Positions 1-12,920 of a stretch of DNA of 64,000 nucleotides are shown piece after piece; within the stretch, counting starts at the first letter, position 1; every line of letters starts with the position of its first letter. Source of the DNA: Eledone cirrhosa (lineage: Eukaryota); contig OZ024742.1 of assembly GCA_964016885.1 (NCBI GenBank), forward strand, positions 14,012,001-14,076,000. The letters are read 5' to 3'. Below the pieces are notes generated by a model. The model made no database searches, was not told the origin of the DNA, and was given only the letters and a program-made list of their open reading frames with translations. Both the position numbers and the translations under genes were made by a program.

Positions 1-3000
1 CTTCTAACCCTAGAAGTGACAACCTGACCTAGTGTAAACTGAATGAGACCTAACCCAAGAAGTGACCACCTGACCTAGTCTAGCCTCAATGTGAGACGAT
101 CTAACCCAAGAAGTGACCACCTGAACTAGTGTAACCTCAATGAGACCTAACCCTAGAAGTGACAACCTGACCTAGTCTAGCCTCAATGTGAGACCTAACC
201 CTAGCAGTGACCACCTGACCTAGTCTAGCCTCAACGTGAGACCTAACCCTAGAAGTGACCACCTGACCTAATCTAGCCTCAATGTGAGACTCTCTAACCC
301 AAGAAGTGACCACCTGACCTAGTCTAGCCTCAATGTGAGACCATCTAACCCTAGAAGTGACCACCTGACCTAGTCTAACCTCAATGTGAGACCTCTAACC
401 CTAGAAGTGACCAGCTGACCTTGTCTAGCCTCAATGTTTGACCTATCCCTAGAAGTGACCACCTGACCTAGTCTAGCCTCAATGTGAGATAATCTAGCGC
501 AAGAAGTGACCACCTGACCTAGTGTAACCTCAATGTGAGACCTAACCCTATAAGTGATCACCTGACCTAGTCTAGCCTCAATGTGAGACTTCTAACCCTA
601 GAAGTGACAACCTGACCTAGTGTAAACTGAATGTGAGACCTAACCCAAGAAGTGACCACCTGATTTAGTCTAGCCTCAATGTGAGACGATCTAACCCAAG
701 AAGTGACCACCTGAACTAGTGTAACCTCAATGAGACCTAACCCTAGAAGTGACAACCTGACCTAGTCTAGCCTCAATGTGAGACCTAACCCTAGTAGTGA
801 CCACCTGACCTAGTCTAGCCTCAACGTGAGACCTAACCCTAGAAGTGACCACCTGACCTAATCTAGCCTCAGTGTGAGACTATCTAACCCAAGAAGTGAC
901 CACCTGACCTAGTCTAGCCTCAATGTGAGACCATCTAACCCTAGAAGAGACCACCTGACCTAGTCTAACCTCAATGTGAGACCTCTAACCCTAGAAGTGA
1001 CCAGCTGACCTTGTCTAGCCTCAATGTGAGACTATCTAACCCAAGAAGTGACCACCTGACCTAGTCTAGCCTCAATCTGAGACCTAACCCAAGAAGTCAC
1101 CACCTGACCTAGTGTAACCTCAATCTGAGACCTAACCCTAGAAGTGACCACCTGACCTAGTCTAGCCTCAATGTGAGACTATCTAACCCAAGAAGTGACC
1201 ACCTGACCTAGTCTAGCCTCAATCTGAGACCTAACCCAAGAAGTGACCACCTGACCTAGTGTAACCTCAATCTGAGACCTAACCCTAGAAGTGACCACCT
1301 GACCTAGTTTAGCCTCAATGTGACCCCTTCAAACCCTAGAAGTGACCACCTGACCTAGTCTAGGTTCGATGTGAGACCTAACCCTAGAAGTGACCACCTG
1401 ACCTAGTCTAGCCTCCAATGTGAGACCTTCTAACCCTAGAAGTGACCACCTGGCCTAGTCTAGCCTCAATGTGAGACCTAACCCTAGAAGTGACCACCTG
1501 ACCTAGTCTAGCCTCAATGTGAGACCTAACCCTAGAAGTGACCACCTGACCTAGTCTAGTTTCAATGTGAGACCTAACCCTAAAAGTGACCACCTGACCT
1601 AGTCTAGCCTCAATGTGAGACCATCTAACCCTAGAAGTGACCACCTTACCTGGTCTAGTCTCAGTGTGAGACCTAACCCTAGAAGTGACCACCTGACCTA
1701 GTCTAGCCTCAATGTGAGACTTCTAACCCTAGAAGTGACAACCTGACCTAGTGTAAACTCAATGTGAAACCTAACCCAAGAAGTGACCACCTGACCTAGT
1801 CTAGCCTCAATGTTAGACGATCTAACCCAAGAAGTGACCACCTGACCTAGTGTAACCTCAATGAGACCTTCTAACCCTAGAAGAGACCATCTTACCTAGT
1901 CTAGCCTCAATGTGAGACCTAATCCTAGAAGTGACCACCTGACCTAGTCTAGCCTCAATGTGAGACTTCTAACCCAAGAAGTGACCACCTGACCTAGTGT
2001 AACCTCAATGTGAGACCCTCTAACCCTAGAAGTGACCACCTGACCTAGTCTAGCCTCAATGTGAGACCTAACCCTAGAAGTGACCACCTGACCTAGTCTA
2101 GCCTCAATGTGAGATCTAACCCTTGAAATTACCACCTGACCTAGTCTAGCCTCATTGTGAGACCTAACCCAAGAAGTGACCACCTGACCTAGTCTAACCT
2201 CAATGTGAGACCTTCTAACCTTAGCAGTGACCACCTGACCTAGTCTAGCCTCAATGTGAGACCTAACCCTAGAAGTGACCACCTGACCTCGTCCATAATC
2301 TGAGACTATCTAACCCAAGAAATGACCACCTGACCTAGTCTAGCCTCAATGTTAGACTTCTAACCCAAGAAGTGACCACCTGACCTAGTGTAACCTCAAT
2401 GTGAGACCCTCTAACCCTAGAAGTGACCAACTTACCTAGTCTAGCCTCAATGTGAGACCTAACCCTAGAAGTGACCACCTGACCTAGTGTAACCTCAATG
2501 TGAGACCTAACCCTAGAAGTGACCACCTGACCTAGTCTAGCCTCAATGTGAGACTATCTAACCCAAGAAGTGACCACCTGACCTAGTCTAGCCTCAATCT
2601 GAGACCTAACCCAAGAAGTGACTACCTGACCTAGTGTAACCTCAATCTGAGACCTACCTCCAGAAGTGACCACCTGACCTAGTCTAGGTTCGATGTGAGA
2701 CCTAACCCTAGAAGTGACAACCTGACCTAGTGTAAACTGAATGTGAGACCTAACCCAAGAAGTGACCACCTGACCTAGTCTAGCCTCAATGTGAGACGAT
2801 CTAACCCAAGAAGTGACCACCTGAACTAGTGTAACCTCAATGAAACCTAACCCTAGAAGTGACAACCTGACCTAGTCTAGCCTCAATGTGAGACTATCTA
2901 ACCCAAGAAGTGACCACCTGGCCTAGTCTAGCCTCAATGTGAGACCATCTAACCCTAGAAGAGACCACCTGACCTAGTCTAACCTCAATGTGAGACCTCT

Positions 3001-6000
3001 AACCCTAGAAGTGACCAGCTGACCTTGTCTAGCCTCAATGTTTGACCTTCTATCCCTAGAAGTGACCACCTGACCTAGTCTAGCCTCAATGTGAGATAAT
3101 CTAACGCAAGAAGTGAACACCTGACCTAGTGTAACCTCAATGTGAGACCTAACCCTAGAAGTGACCAGCTGACCTAGTCTAGCCTCAATGTGAGACTTCT
3201 AACCCTAGAAGTGACAACCTGACCTAGTGTAAACTGAATGTGAGACCTAACCCAAGAAGTAACCACCTGACCTAGTCTAGCCTCCATGTGAGACCTAATC
3301 CTAGAAGTGACCACCTGACCTAGTCTAGCCTCAATGTGAGACCTAACCCTAGAAGTGATCAGCTGACCTAGTCTAGCCTCAATGTGTGACCTATCCCTAG
3401 AAGTGACCACCTGACCTAGTCTAGCCTCAATATGAGACCATCTAACGCAAGAAGTGACTACCTGACCTAGTGTAACCTCAATGTGAGACATAACCCTAGA
3501 AGTGACCACCTGACCTAGTCTAACCTCAATGTGAGACCTTTTAACCCTAGAAGTGACCACCTCACCTAGTCTAGCCTCAATGTGAGACCTAACCCTAGAA
3601 GTGACCACCTGACCTAGTTTAGCCTCAATGTGACCCCTTCAAACCCTAGAAGTGACCACCTGACCTAGTCTAGGTTCGATGTGAGACCTAACCCTAGAAG
3701 TGACCACCTGACCTAGTCTAGCCTCCAATGTGAGACCTAACCCTAGAAGTGACCACCTGGCCTAGTCTAGCCTCAATGTGAGACCTAACCCTAGAAGTGA
3801 CCACCTGACCTAGTCTAGCCTCAATGTGAGACCTAACCCTAGAAGTGACCACCTGACCTAGTCTAGTTTCAATGTGAGACCTAACCCTAAAAGTGACCAC
3901 CTGACCTAGTCTAGCCTCAATGTGAGACCATCTAACCCTAGAAGTGACCACCTTACCTAGTCTAGTCTCAATGTGAGACCTAACCCTAGAAGTGACCAGC
4001 TGACCTAGTCTAGCCTCAATGTGAGACTTCTAACCCTAGAAGTGACAACCTGACCTAGTGTAAACTGAATGTGAGACCTAACCCAAGTAGTGACCACCTG
4101 ATTTAGTCTAGCCTCAATGTGAGACGATCTAACCCAAGAAGTGACCACCTGAACTAGTGTAACCTCAATGAGACCTAACCCTAGAAGTGACAACCTGACC
4201 TAGTCTAGCCTCAATGTGAGACCTAACCCTAGTAGTGACCACCTGACCTAGTCTAGCCTCAACGTGAGACCTAACCCTAGAAGTGACCACCTGACCTAAT
4301 CTAGCCTCAGTGTGAGACTATCTAACCCAAGAAGTGACCACCTGACCTAGTCTAGCCTCAATGTGAGACCATCTAACCCTAGAAGTGACCACCTGACCTA
4401 GTCTAGCCTCCAATGTGAGACCTAACCCTAGAAGTGACCAGCTGGCCTAGTCTAGCCTCAATGTGAGACCTAACCCTAGAAGTGACCACCTGACCTAGTC
4501 TAGCCTCAATGTGTGACCTATCCCTAGAAGTGACCACCTGACCTAGTGTAACCTAACTCTAGAAGTGACCAACTGACCTAGTCTAGCCTAAATGTGAGAC
4601 CTAACCCTAGAAGTGACCACCTGACCTAGTCTAGCCTCAATGTGAGACCATCTAACGCAAGAAGTGACCACCTGACCTAGTGTAACCTCAATGTGAGACA
4701 TAACCCTAGAAGTGACCACCTGACCTAGTCTAACCTCAATGTGTGACCTTTTAACCCTAGAAGTGACCACCTCACCTAGTCTAGCCTCAATGTGAGACAA
4801 CCCTAGAAGTGACCACCTGACCTAGTCTAGCCTCAATGTGAGATTTCTAACCCTAGAAGTGACAACCTGACCAAGTGTAAACTGAATGAGACCTTCTAAC
4901 CCAAGAAGTGACCACCTGACCTAGTCTAGCCTCAATGTGAGACCTAACCCTAGAAGTGACCACCTGACCTAGTCTGGCCTCAATGTGAGACCTAACCCTA
5001 GAAGTGACCACCTCACCTAGTCTAACCTCAATGTGAGACCTCTAACCCTAGAAGTGACCAGCTGACCTTGTCTAGCCTCAAGGTGTGACTTATCCCTAGA
5101 AGTGACCACCTGACCTAGTGTAACCTAAACCTAGAAGTGACCACCTGACCTTGTGTAGCCTCACTGAGACCATCTAACGCAAGGAGTGACCACCTGACCT
5201 AGTGTAACCTCAATGTGAGACCTTCTAACCCTAGAAGTGACCACCTTACCTAGTCTAGTCTCAATGTGAGACCTAACCCTAGAGGTGACCACCTGACCTA
5301 GTCTAGCCTCAATATGAGATCTTACTCTAGAAGTGACCACCTGACGTAGTCTAGCCTCAATGTGAGACCTAACCTTAGCTGTGACCACCTGACCTAATCT
5401 AGTCTCAATGTGAGACTATCTAACCCAAGAAGTGACCAGCTGACCTAGTCTAGCTTCAATGTGAGACCTCTAACCCTAGAAGTGACCAGCTGACCTTGTC
5501 TAGCCTCACTGAGACCATCTAACGCAAGGAGTGACCACCTGACCTAGTGTAACCTTCTAACCCTAGAAGTGACCACCTTACCTAGTTTAGTCTCAATGTG
5601 AGACCTAACCCTAGAAGTGACCACCTGACCTAGTCTAGCCTCAATGTGAGATCTTACTCTAGAAGTGACCACCTGACCTAGTCTAGCCTCAATCTGAGAC
5701 CTAACCCAAGAAGTGACCACCTGACCTAGTGTAACCTCAATCTGAGACCTAACCCTAGAAGTGACCACCTGACCTAGTCTAGCCTCCAATGTGAGACCTA
5801 ACCCTAGAAGTGACCACCTGGCCTAGTCTAGCCTCAATGTGAGACCTAACCCTAGAAGTGACCACCTGACCTAGTCTAGCCTCAATGTGAGACCTAACCC
5901 TAGAAGTGACCACCTGACCTAGTCTAGTTTCAATGTGAGACCTAACCCTAAAAGTGACCACCTGACCTAGTCTAGCCTCAATGTGAGACCATCTAACCCT

Positions 6001-9000
6001 AGAAGTGACCACCTTACCTAGTCTAGTCTCAATGTGAGACCTAACCCTAGAAGTGACCACCTTACCTAGTCTAGTCTCAATGTGAGACCTAACCCTAGAA
6101 GTGACCAGCTGACCTAGTCTAGCCTCAATGTGAGACTTCTAACCCTAGAAGTGACAACCTGACCTAGTGTAAACTGAATGTGAGACCTAACCCAAGTAGT
6201 GACCACCTGATTTAGTCTAGCCTCAATGTGAGACGATCTAACCCAAGAAGTGACCACCTGAACTAGTGTAACCTCAATGAGACCTAACCCTAGAAGTGAC
6301 AACCTGACCTAGTCTAGCCTCAATGTGAGACCTAACCCTAGTAGTGACCACCTGACCTAGTCTAGCCTCAACGTGAGACCTAACCCTAGAAGTGACCACC
6401 TGACCTAATCTAGCCTCAGTGTGAGACTATCTAACCCAAGAAGTGACCACCTGACCTAGTCTAGCCTCAATGTGAGACCATCTAACCCTAGAAGTGACCA
6501 CCTGACCTAGTCTAGCCTCCAATGTGAGACCTAACCCTAGAAGTGACCAGCTGGCCTAGTCTAGCCTCAATGTGAGACCTAACCCTAGAAGTGACCACCT
6601 GACCTAGTCTAGCCTCAATGTGTGACCTATCCCTAGAAGTGACCACCTGACCTAGTGTAACCTAACTCTAGAAGTGACCAACTGACCTAGTCTAGCCTAA
6701 ATGTGAGACCTAACCCTAGAAGTGACCACCTGACCTAGTCTAGCCTCAATGTGAGACCATCTAACGCAAGAAGTGACCACCTGACCTAGTGTAACCTCAA
6801 TGTGAGACATAACCCTAGAAGTGACCACCTGACCTAGTCTAACCTCAATGTGTGACCTTTTAACCCTAGAAGTGACCACCTCACCTAGTCTAGCCTCAAT
6901 GTGAGACAACCCTAGAAGTGACCACCTGACCTAGTCTAGCCTCAATGTGAGATTTCTAACCCTAGAAGTGACAACCTGACCAAGTGTAAACTGAATGAGA
7001 CCTTCTAACCCAAGAAGTGACCACCTGACCTAGTCTAGCCTCAATGTGAGACCTAACCCTAGAAGTGACCACCTGACCTAGTCTGGCCTCAATGTGAGAC
7101 CTAACCCTAGAAGTGACCACCTCACCTAGTCTAACCTCAATGTGAGACCTCTAACCCTAGAAGTGACCAGCTGACCTTGTCTAGCCTCAAGGTGTGACTT
7201 ATCCCTAGAAGTGACCACCTGACCTAGTGTAACCTAAACCTAGAAGTGACCACCTGACCTTGTGTAGCCTCACTGAGACCATCTAACGCAAGGAGTGACC
7301 ACCTGACCTAGTGTAACCTCAATGTGAGACCTTCTAACCCTAGAAGTGACCACCTTACCTAGTCTAGTCTCAATGTGAGACCTAACCCTAGAGGTGACCA
7401 CCTGACCTAGTCTAGCCTCAATATGAGATCTTACTCTAGAAGTGACCACCTGACGTAGTCTAGCCTCAATGTGAGACCTAACCTTAGCTGTGACCACCTG
7501 ACCTAATCTAGTCTCAATGTGAGACTATCTAACCCAAGAAGTGACCAGCTGACCTAGTCTAGCTTCAATGTGAGACCTCTAACCCTAGAAGTGACCAGCT
7601 GACCTTGTCTAGCCTCACTGAGACCATCTAACGCAAGGAGTGACCACCTGACCTAGTGTAACCTTCTAACCCTAGAAGTGACCACCTTACCTAGTTTAGT
7701 CTCAATGTGAGACCTAACCCTAGAAGTGACCACCTGACCTAGTCTAGCCTCAATGTGAGATCTTACTCTAGAAGTGACCACCTGACCTAGTCTAGCCTCA
7801 ATCTGAGACCTAACCCAAGAAGTGACCACCTGACCTAGTGTAACCTCAATCTGAGACCTAACCCTAGAAGTGACCACCTGACCTAGTTTAGCCTCAATGT
7901 GACCCCTTCAAACCCTAGAAGTGACCACCTGACCTAGTCTAGGTTCGATGTGAGACCTAACCCTAGAAGTGACCACCTGACCTAGTCTAGCCTCCAATGT
8001 GAGACCTAACCCTAGAAGTGACCACCTGGCCTAGTCTAGCCTCAATGTGAGACCTAACCCTAGAAGTGACCACCTGACCTAGTCTAGCCTCAATGTGAGA
8101 CCTAACCCTAGAAGTGACCACCTGACCTAGTCTAGTTTCAATGTGAGACCTAACCCTAAAAGTGACCACCTGACCTAGTCTAGCCTCAATGTGAGACCAT
8201 CTAACCCTAGAAGTGACCACCTTACCTAGTCTAGTCTCAATGTGAGACCTAACCCTAGAAGTGACCAGCTGACCTAGTCTAGCCTCAATGTGAGACTTCT
8301 AACCCTAGAAGTGACAACCTGACCTAGTGTAAACTGAATGTGAGACCTAACCCAAGAAGTGACCACCTTATTTAGTCTAGCCTCAATGTGAGACGATCTA
8401 ACCCAAGAAGTGACCACCTGAACTAGTGTAACCTCAATGAGACCTAACCCTAGAAGTGACAACCTGACCTAGTCTAGCCTCAATGTGAGACCTAACCCTA
8501 GTAGTGACCACCTGACCTAGTCTAGCCTCAACGTGAGACCTAACCCTAGAAGTGACCACCTGACCTAATCTAGCCTCAGTGTGAGACTATCTAACCCAAG
8601 AAGTGACCACCTGACCTAGTCTAGCCTCAATGTGAGACCATCTAACCCTAGAAGTGACCACCTGACCTAGTCTAGCCTCCAATGTGAGACCTAACCCTAG
8701 AAGTGACCACCTGGCCTAGTCTAGCCTCAATGTGAGACCTAACCCTAGAAGTGACCACCTGACCTAGTCTAGCCTCAATGTGAGACCTAACCCTAGAAGT
8801 GACCACCTGACCTAGTCTAGCCTCAATGTGAGACCTAACCTTAGAAGTGACCACCTGACCTAATCTAGTCTCAATGTGAGACTATCTAACCCAAGAAGTG
8901 ACCAGCTGACCTAGTCTAGCTTCAATGTGAGACTTCTAACCCTGGAAGTGACAACCTGACCTAGTGTAAACTGAATGTGAGACCTAACCCTAGAAGTGAC

Positions 9001-12000
9001 CACCTGACGTAGTCTAACCTCAATGTTAGACCTAACCCTAGCAGTGACAACCTGACCTAGTCTAACCTCAATATGAGACCATCTAACGCAAGAAGTGACC
9101 ACCTGACCTAGTGTAACCTCAATGTGAGACCTAACCCTATAAGTGACCACCTGACCTAGTCTAGCCTCAATGTGAGACCTAACCCTAGAAGTGAACACCT
9201 GACCTAGTCTAGCCTCAATATGAGACCATCTAACCCTAGAAGTGACCACCTTACCTAGTCTAGTCTCAATGTGAGACCTAGCCCTAGAAGTGACCACCTG
9301 ACCTAGTCTAGCCTCAATGTGAGATCTAACCCTAGAAGTGACCACCTAACTTAGTCTAGCCTCAATGTGAGACCTTCTCACCTTAGAAGTGACCACCTTA
9401 CCTAATCTAGTCTCAATGTGAGACTAACCCAAGAAGTGACCAGCTGACCTAGTCTAGCCTCAATGTGAGACTTCTAACCCTAGAAGTGACAACCTGACCT
9501 AGTGTAAACTGAATGAGACCTAACCCAAGAAGTGACCACCTGACCTAGTCTAGCCTCAATGTGAGACGATCTAACCCAAGAAGTGACCACCTGAACTAGT
9601 GTAACCTCAATGAGACCTAACCCTAGAAGTGACAACCTGACCTAGTCTAGCCTCAATGTGAGACCTAACCCTAGCAGTGACCACCTGACCTAGTCTAGCC
9701 TCAACGTGAGACCTAACCCTAGAAGTGACCACCTGACCTAATCTAGCCTCAATGTGAGACTCTCTAACCCAAGAAGTGACCACCTGACCTAGTCTAGCCT
9801 CAATGTGAGACCATCTAACCCTAGAAGTGACCACCTGACCTAGTCTAACCTCAATGTGAGACCTCTAACCCTAGAAGTGACCAGCTGACCTTGTCTAGCC
9901 TCAATGTTTGACCTATCCCTAGAAGTGACCACCTGACCTAGTCTAGCCTCAATGTGAGATAATCTAGCGCAAGAAGTGACCACCTGACCTAGTGTAACCT
10001 CAATGTGAGACCTAACCCTATAAGTGATCACCTGACCTAGTCTAGCCTCAATGTGAGACTTCTAACCCTAGAAGTGACAACCTGACCTAGTGTAAACTGA
10101 ATGTGAGACCTAACCCAAGAAGTGACCACCTGATTTAGTCTAGCCTCAATGTGAGACGATCTAACCCAAGAAGTGACCACCTGAACTAGTGTAACCTCAA
10201 TGAGACCTAACCCTAGAAGTGACAACCTGACCTAGTCTAGCCTCAATGTGAGACCATCTAACCCTAGAAGAGACCACCTGACCTAGTCTAACCTCAATGT
10301 GAGACCTCTAACCCTAGAAGTGACCAGCTGACCTTGTCTAGCCTCAATGTGAGACTATCTAACCCAAGAAGTGACCACCTGACCTAGTCTAGCCTCAATC
10401 TGAGACCTAACCCAAGAAGTGACCACCTGACCTAGTGTAACCTCAATCTGAGACCTAACCCTAGAAGTGACCACCTGACCTAGTCTAGCCTCAATGTGAG
10501 ACTATCTAACCCAAGAAGTGACCACCTGACCTAGTCTAGCCTCAATCTGAGACCTAACCCAAGAAGTGACCACCTGACCTAGTGTAACCTCAATCTGAGA
10601 CCTAACCCTAGAAGTGACCACCTGACCTAGTTTAGCCTCAATGTGACCCCTTCAAACCCTAGAAGTGACCACCTGACCTAGTCTAGGTTCGATGTGAGAC
10701 CTAACCCTAGAAGTGACCACCTGACCTAGTCTAGCCTCCAATGTGAGACCTTCTAACCCTAGAAGTGACCACCTGGCCTAGTCTAGCCTCAATGTGAGAC
10801 CTAACCCTAGAAGTGACCACCTGACCTAGTCTAGCCTCAATGTGAGACCTAACCCTAGAAGTGACCACCTGACCTAGTCTAGTTTCAATGTGAGACCTAA
10901 CCCTAAAAGTGACCACCTGACCTAGTCTAGCCTCAATGTGAGACCATCTAACCCTAGAAGTGACCACCTTACCTAGTCTAGTCTCAGTGTGAGACCTAAC
11001 CCTAGAAGTGACCACCTGACCTAGTCTAGCCTCAATGTGAGACTTCTAACCCTAGAAGTGACAACCTGACCTAGTGTAAACTCAATGTGAAACCTAACCC
11101 AAGAAGTGACCACCTGACCTAGTCTAGCCTCAATGTTAGACGATCTAACCCAAGAAGTGACCACCTGACCTAGTGTAACCTCAATGAGACCTTCTAACCC
11201 TAGAAGAGACCATCTTACCTAGTCTAGCCTCAATGTGAGACCTAATCCTAGAAGTGACCACCTGACCTAGTCTAGCCTCAATGTGAGACTTCTAACCCAA
11301 GAAGTGACCACCTGACCTAGTGTAACCTCAATGTGAGACCCTCTAACCCTAGAAGTGACCACCTGACCTAGTCTAGCCTCAATGTGAGACCTAACCCTAG
11401 AAGTGACCACCTGACCTAGTCTAGCCTCAATGTGAGATCTAACCCTTGAAATTACCACCTGACCTAGTCTAGCCTCATTGTGAGACCTAACCCAAGAAGT
11501 GACCACCTGACCTAGTCTAACCTCAATGTGAGACCTTCTAACCTTAGCAGTGACCACCTGACCTAGTCTAGCCTCAATGTGAGACCTAACCCTAGAAGTG
11601 ACCACCTGACCTCGTCCATAATCTGAGACTATCTAACCCAAGAAATGACCACCTGACCTAGTCTAGCCTCAATGTTAGACTTCTAACCCAAGAAGTGACC
11701 ACCTGACCTAGTGTAACCTCAATGTGAGACCCTCTAACCCTAGAAGTGACCAACTTACCTAGTCTAGCCTCAATGTGAGACCTAACCCTAGAAGTGACCA
11801 CCTGACCTAGTGTAACCTCAATGTGAGACCTAACCCTAGAAGTGACCACCTGACCTAGTCTAGCCTCAATGTGAGACTATCTAACCCAAGAAGTGACCAC
11901 CTGACCTAGTCTAGCCTCAATCTGAGACCTAACCCAAGAAGTGACCACCTGACCTAGTGTAACCTCAATCTGAGACCTACCTCCAGAAGTGACCACCTGA

Positions 12001-12920
12001 CCTAGTCTAGGTTCGATGTGAGACCTAACCCTAGAAGTGACAACCTGACCTAGTGTAAACTGAATGTGAGACCTAACCCAAGAAGTGACCACCTGACCTA
12101 GTCTAGCCTCAATGTGAGACGATCTAACCCAAGAAGTGACCACCTGAACTAGTGTAACCTCAATGAAACCTAACCCTAGAAGTGACAACCTGACCTAGTC
12201 TAGCCTCAATGTGAGACTATCTAACCCAAGAAGTGACCACCTGGCCTAGTCTAGCCTCAATGTGAGACCATCTAACCCTAGAAGAGACCACCTGACCTAG
12301 TCTAACCTCAATGTGAGACCTCTAACCCTAGAAGTGACCAGCTGACCTTGTCTAGCCTCAATGTTTGACCTTCTATCCCTAGAAGTGACCACCTGACCTA
12401 GTCTAGCCTCAATGTGAGATAATCTAACGCAAGAAGTGAACACCTGACCTAGTGTAACCTCAATGTGAGACCTAACCCTAGAAGTGACCAGCTGACCTAG
12501 TCTAGCCTCAATGTGAGACTTCTAACCCTAGAAGTGACAACCTGACCTAGTGTAAACTGAATGTGAGACCTAACCCAAGAAGTAACCACCTGACCTAGTC
12601 TAGCCTCCATGTGAGACCTAATCCTAGAAGTGACCACCTGACCTAGTCTAGCCTCAATGTGAGACCTAACCCTAGAAGTGATCAGCTGACCTAGTCTAGC
12701 CTCAATGTGTGACCTATCCCTAGAAGTGACCACCTGACCTAGTCTAGCCTCAATATGAGACCATCTAACGCAAGAAGTGACTACCTGACCTAGTGTAACC
12801 TCAATGTGAGACATAACCCTAGAAGTGACCACCTGACCTAGTCTAACCTCAATGTGAGACCTTTTAACCCTAGAAGTGACCACCTCACCTAGTCTAGCCT
12901 CAATGTGAGACCTAACCCTG
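1..12920. repeat. Direct duplication of a ~3.6-kb block: 1-~3600 recurs at 9471-~12920
   Basis: ORFs 137/370/567 match 9607/9840/10037 (offset 9470); ORFs 1408/1944/2335/2554/3174 match 10731/11267/11658/11877/12497 (offset 9323), so the second copy lacks 147 bp (3 monomers) near 10255. Shared rare markers ctcgtccataatc and cctacctccagaag. Confidence 0.92.
3600..8710. repeat. Local tandem HOR of ~2.1 kb, about 2.4 copies
   Basis: ORFs 4005/4588/5161/5544 recur at 6114/6697/7270/7653 (offset 2109); 3718 and 4005 recur at 7987 and 8274 (offset 4269). Private markers caaggtgtgac and gagacaaccctag occur in both full copies. Confidence 0.9.

Noticed and set aside
780-930. Nucleosome phasing (3 monomers = 147 bp; 12-mer = 588 = 4 x 147)
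   Set aside because: Numerical coincidence is likely; duplication lengths (1116, 1312, 1713, 1786, 2109) are not multiples of 147. It would need MNase data.
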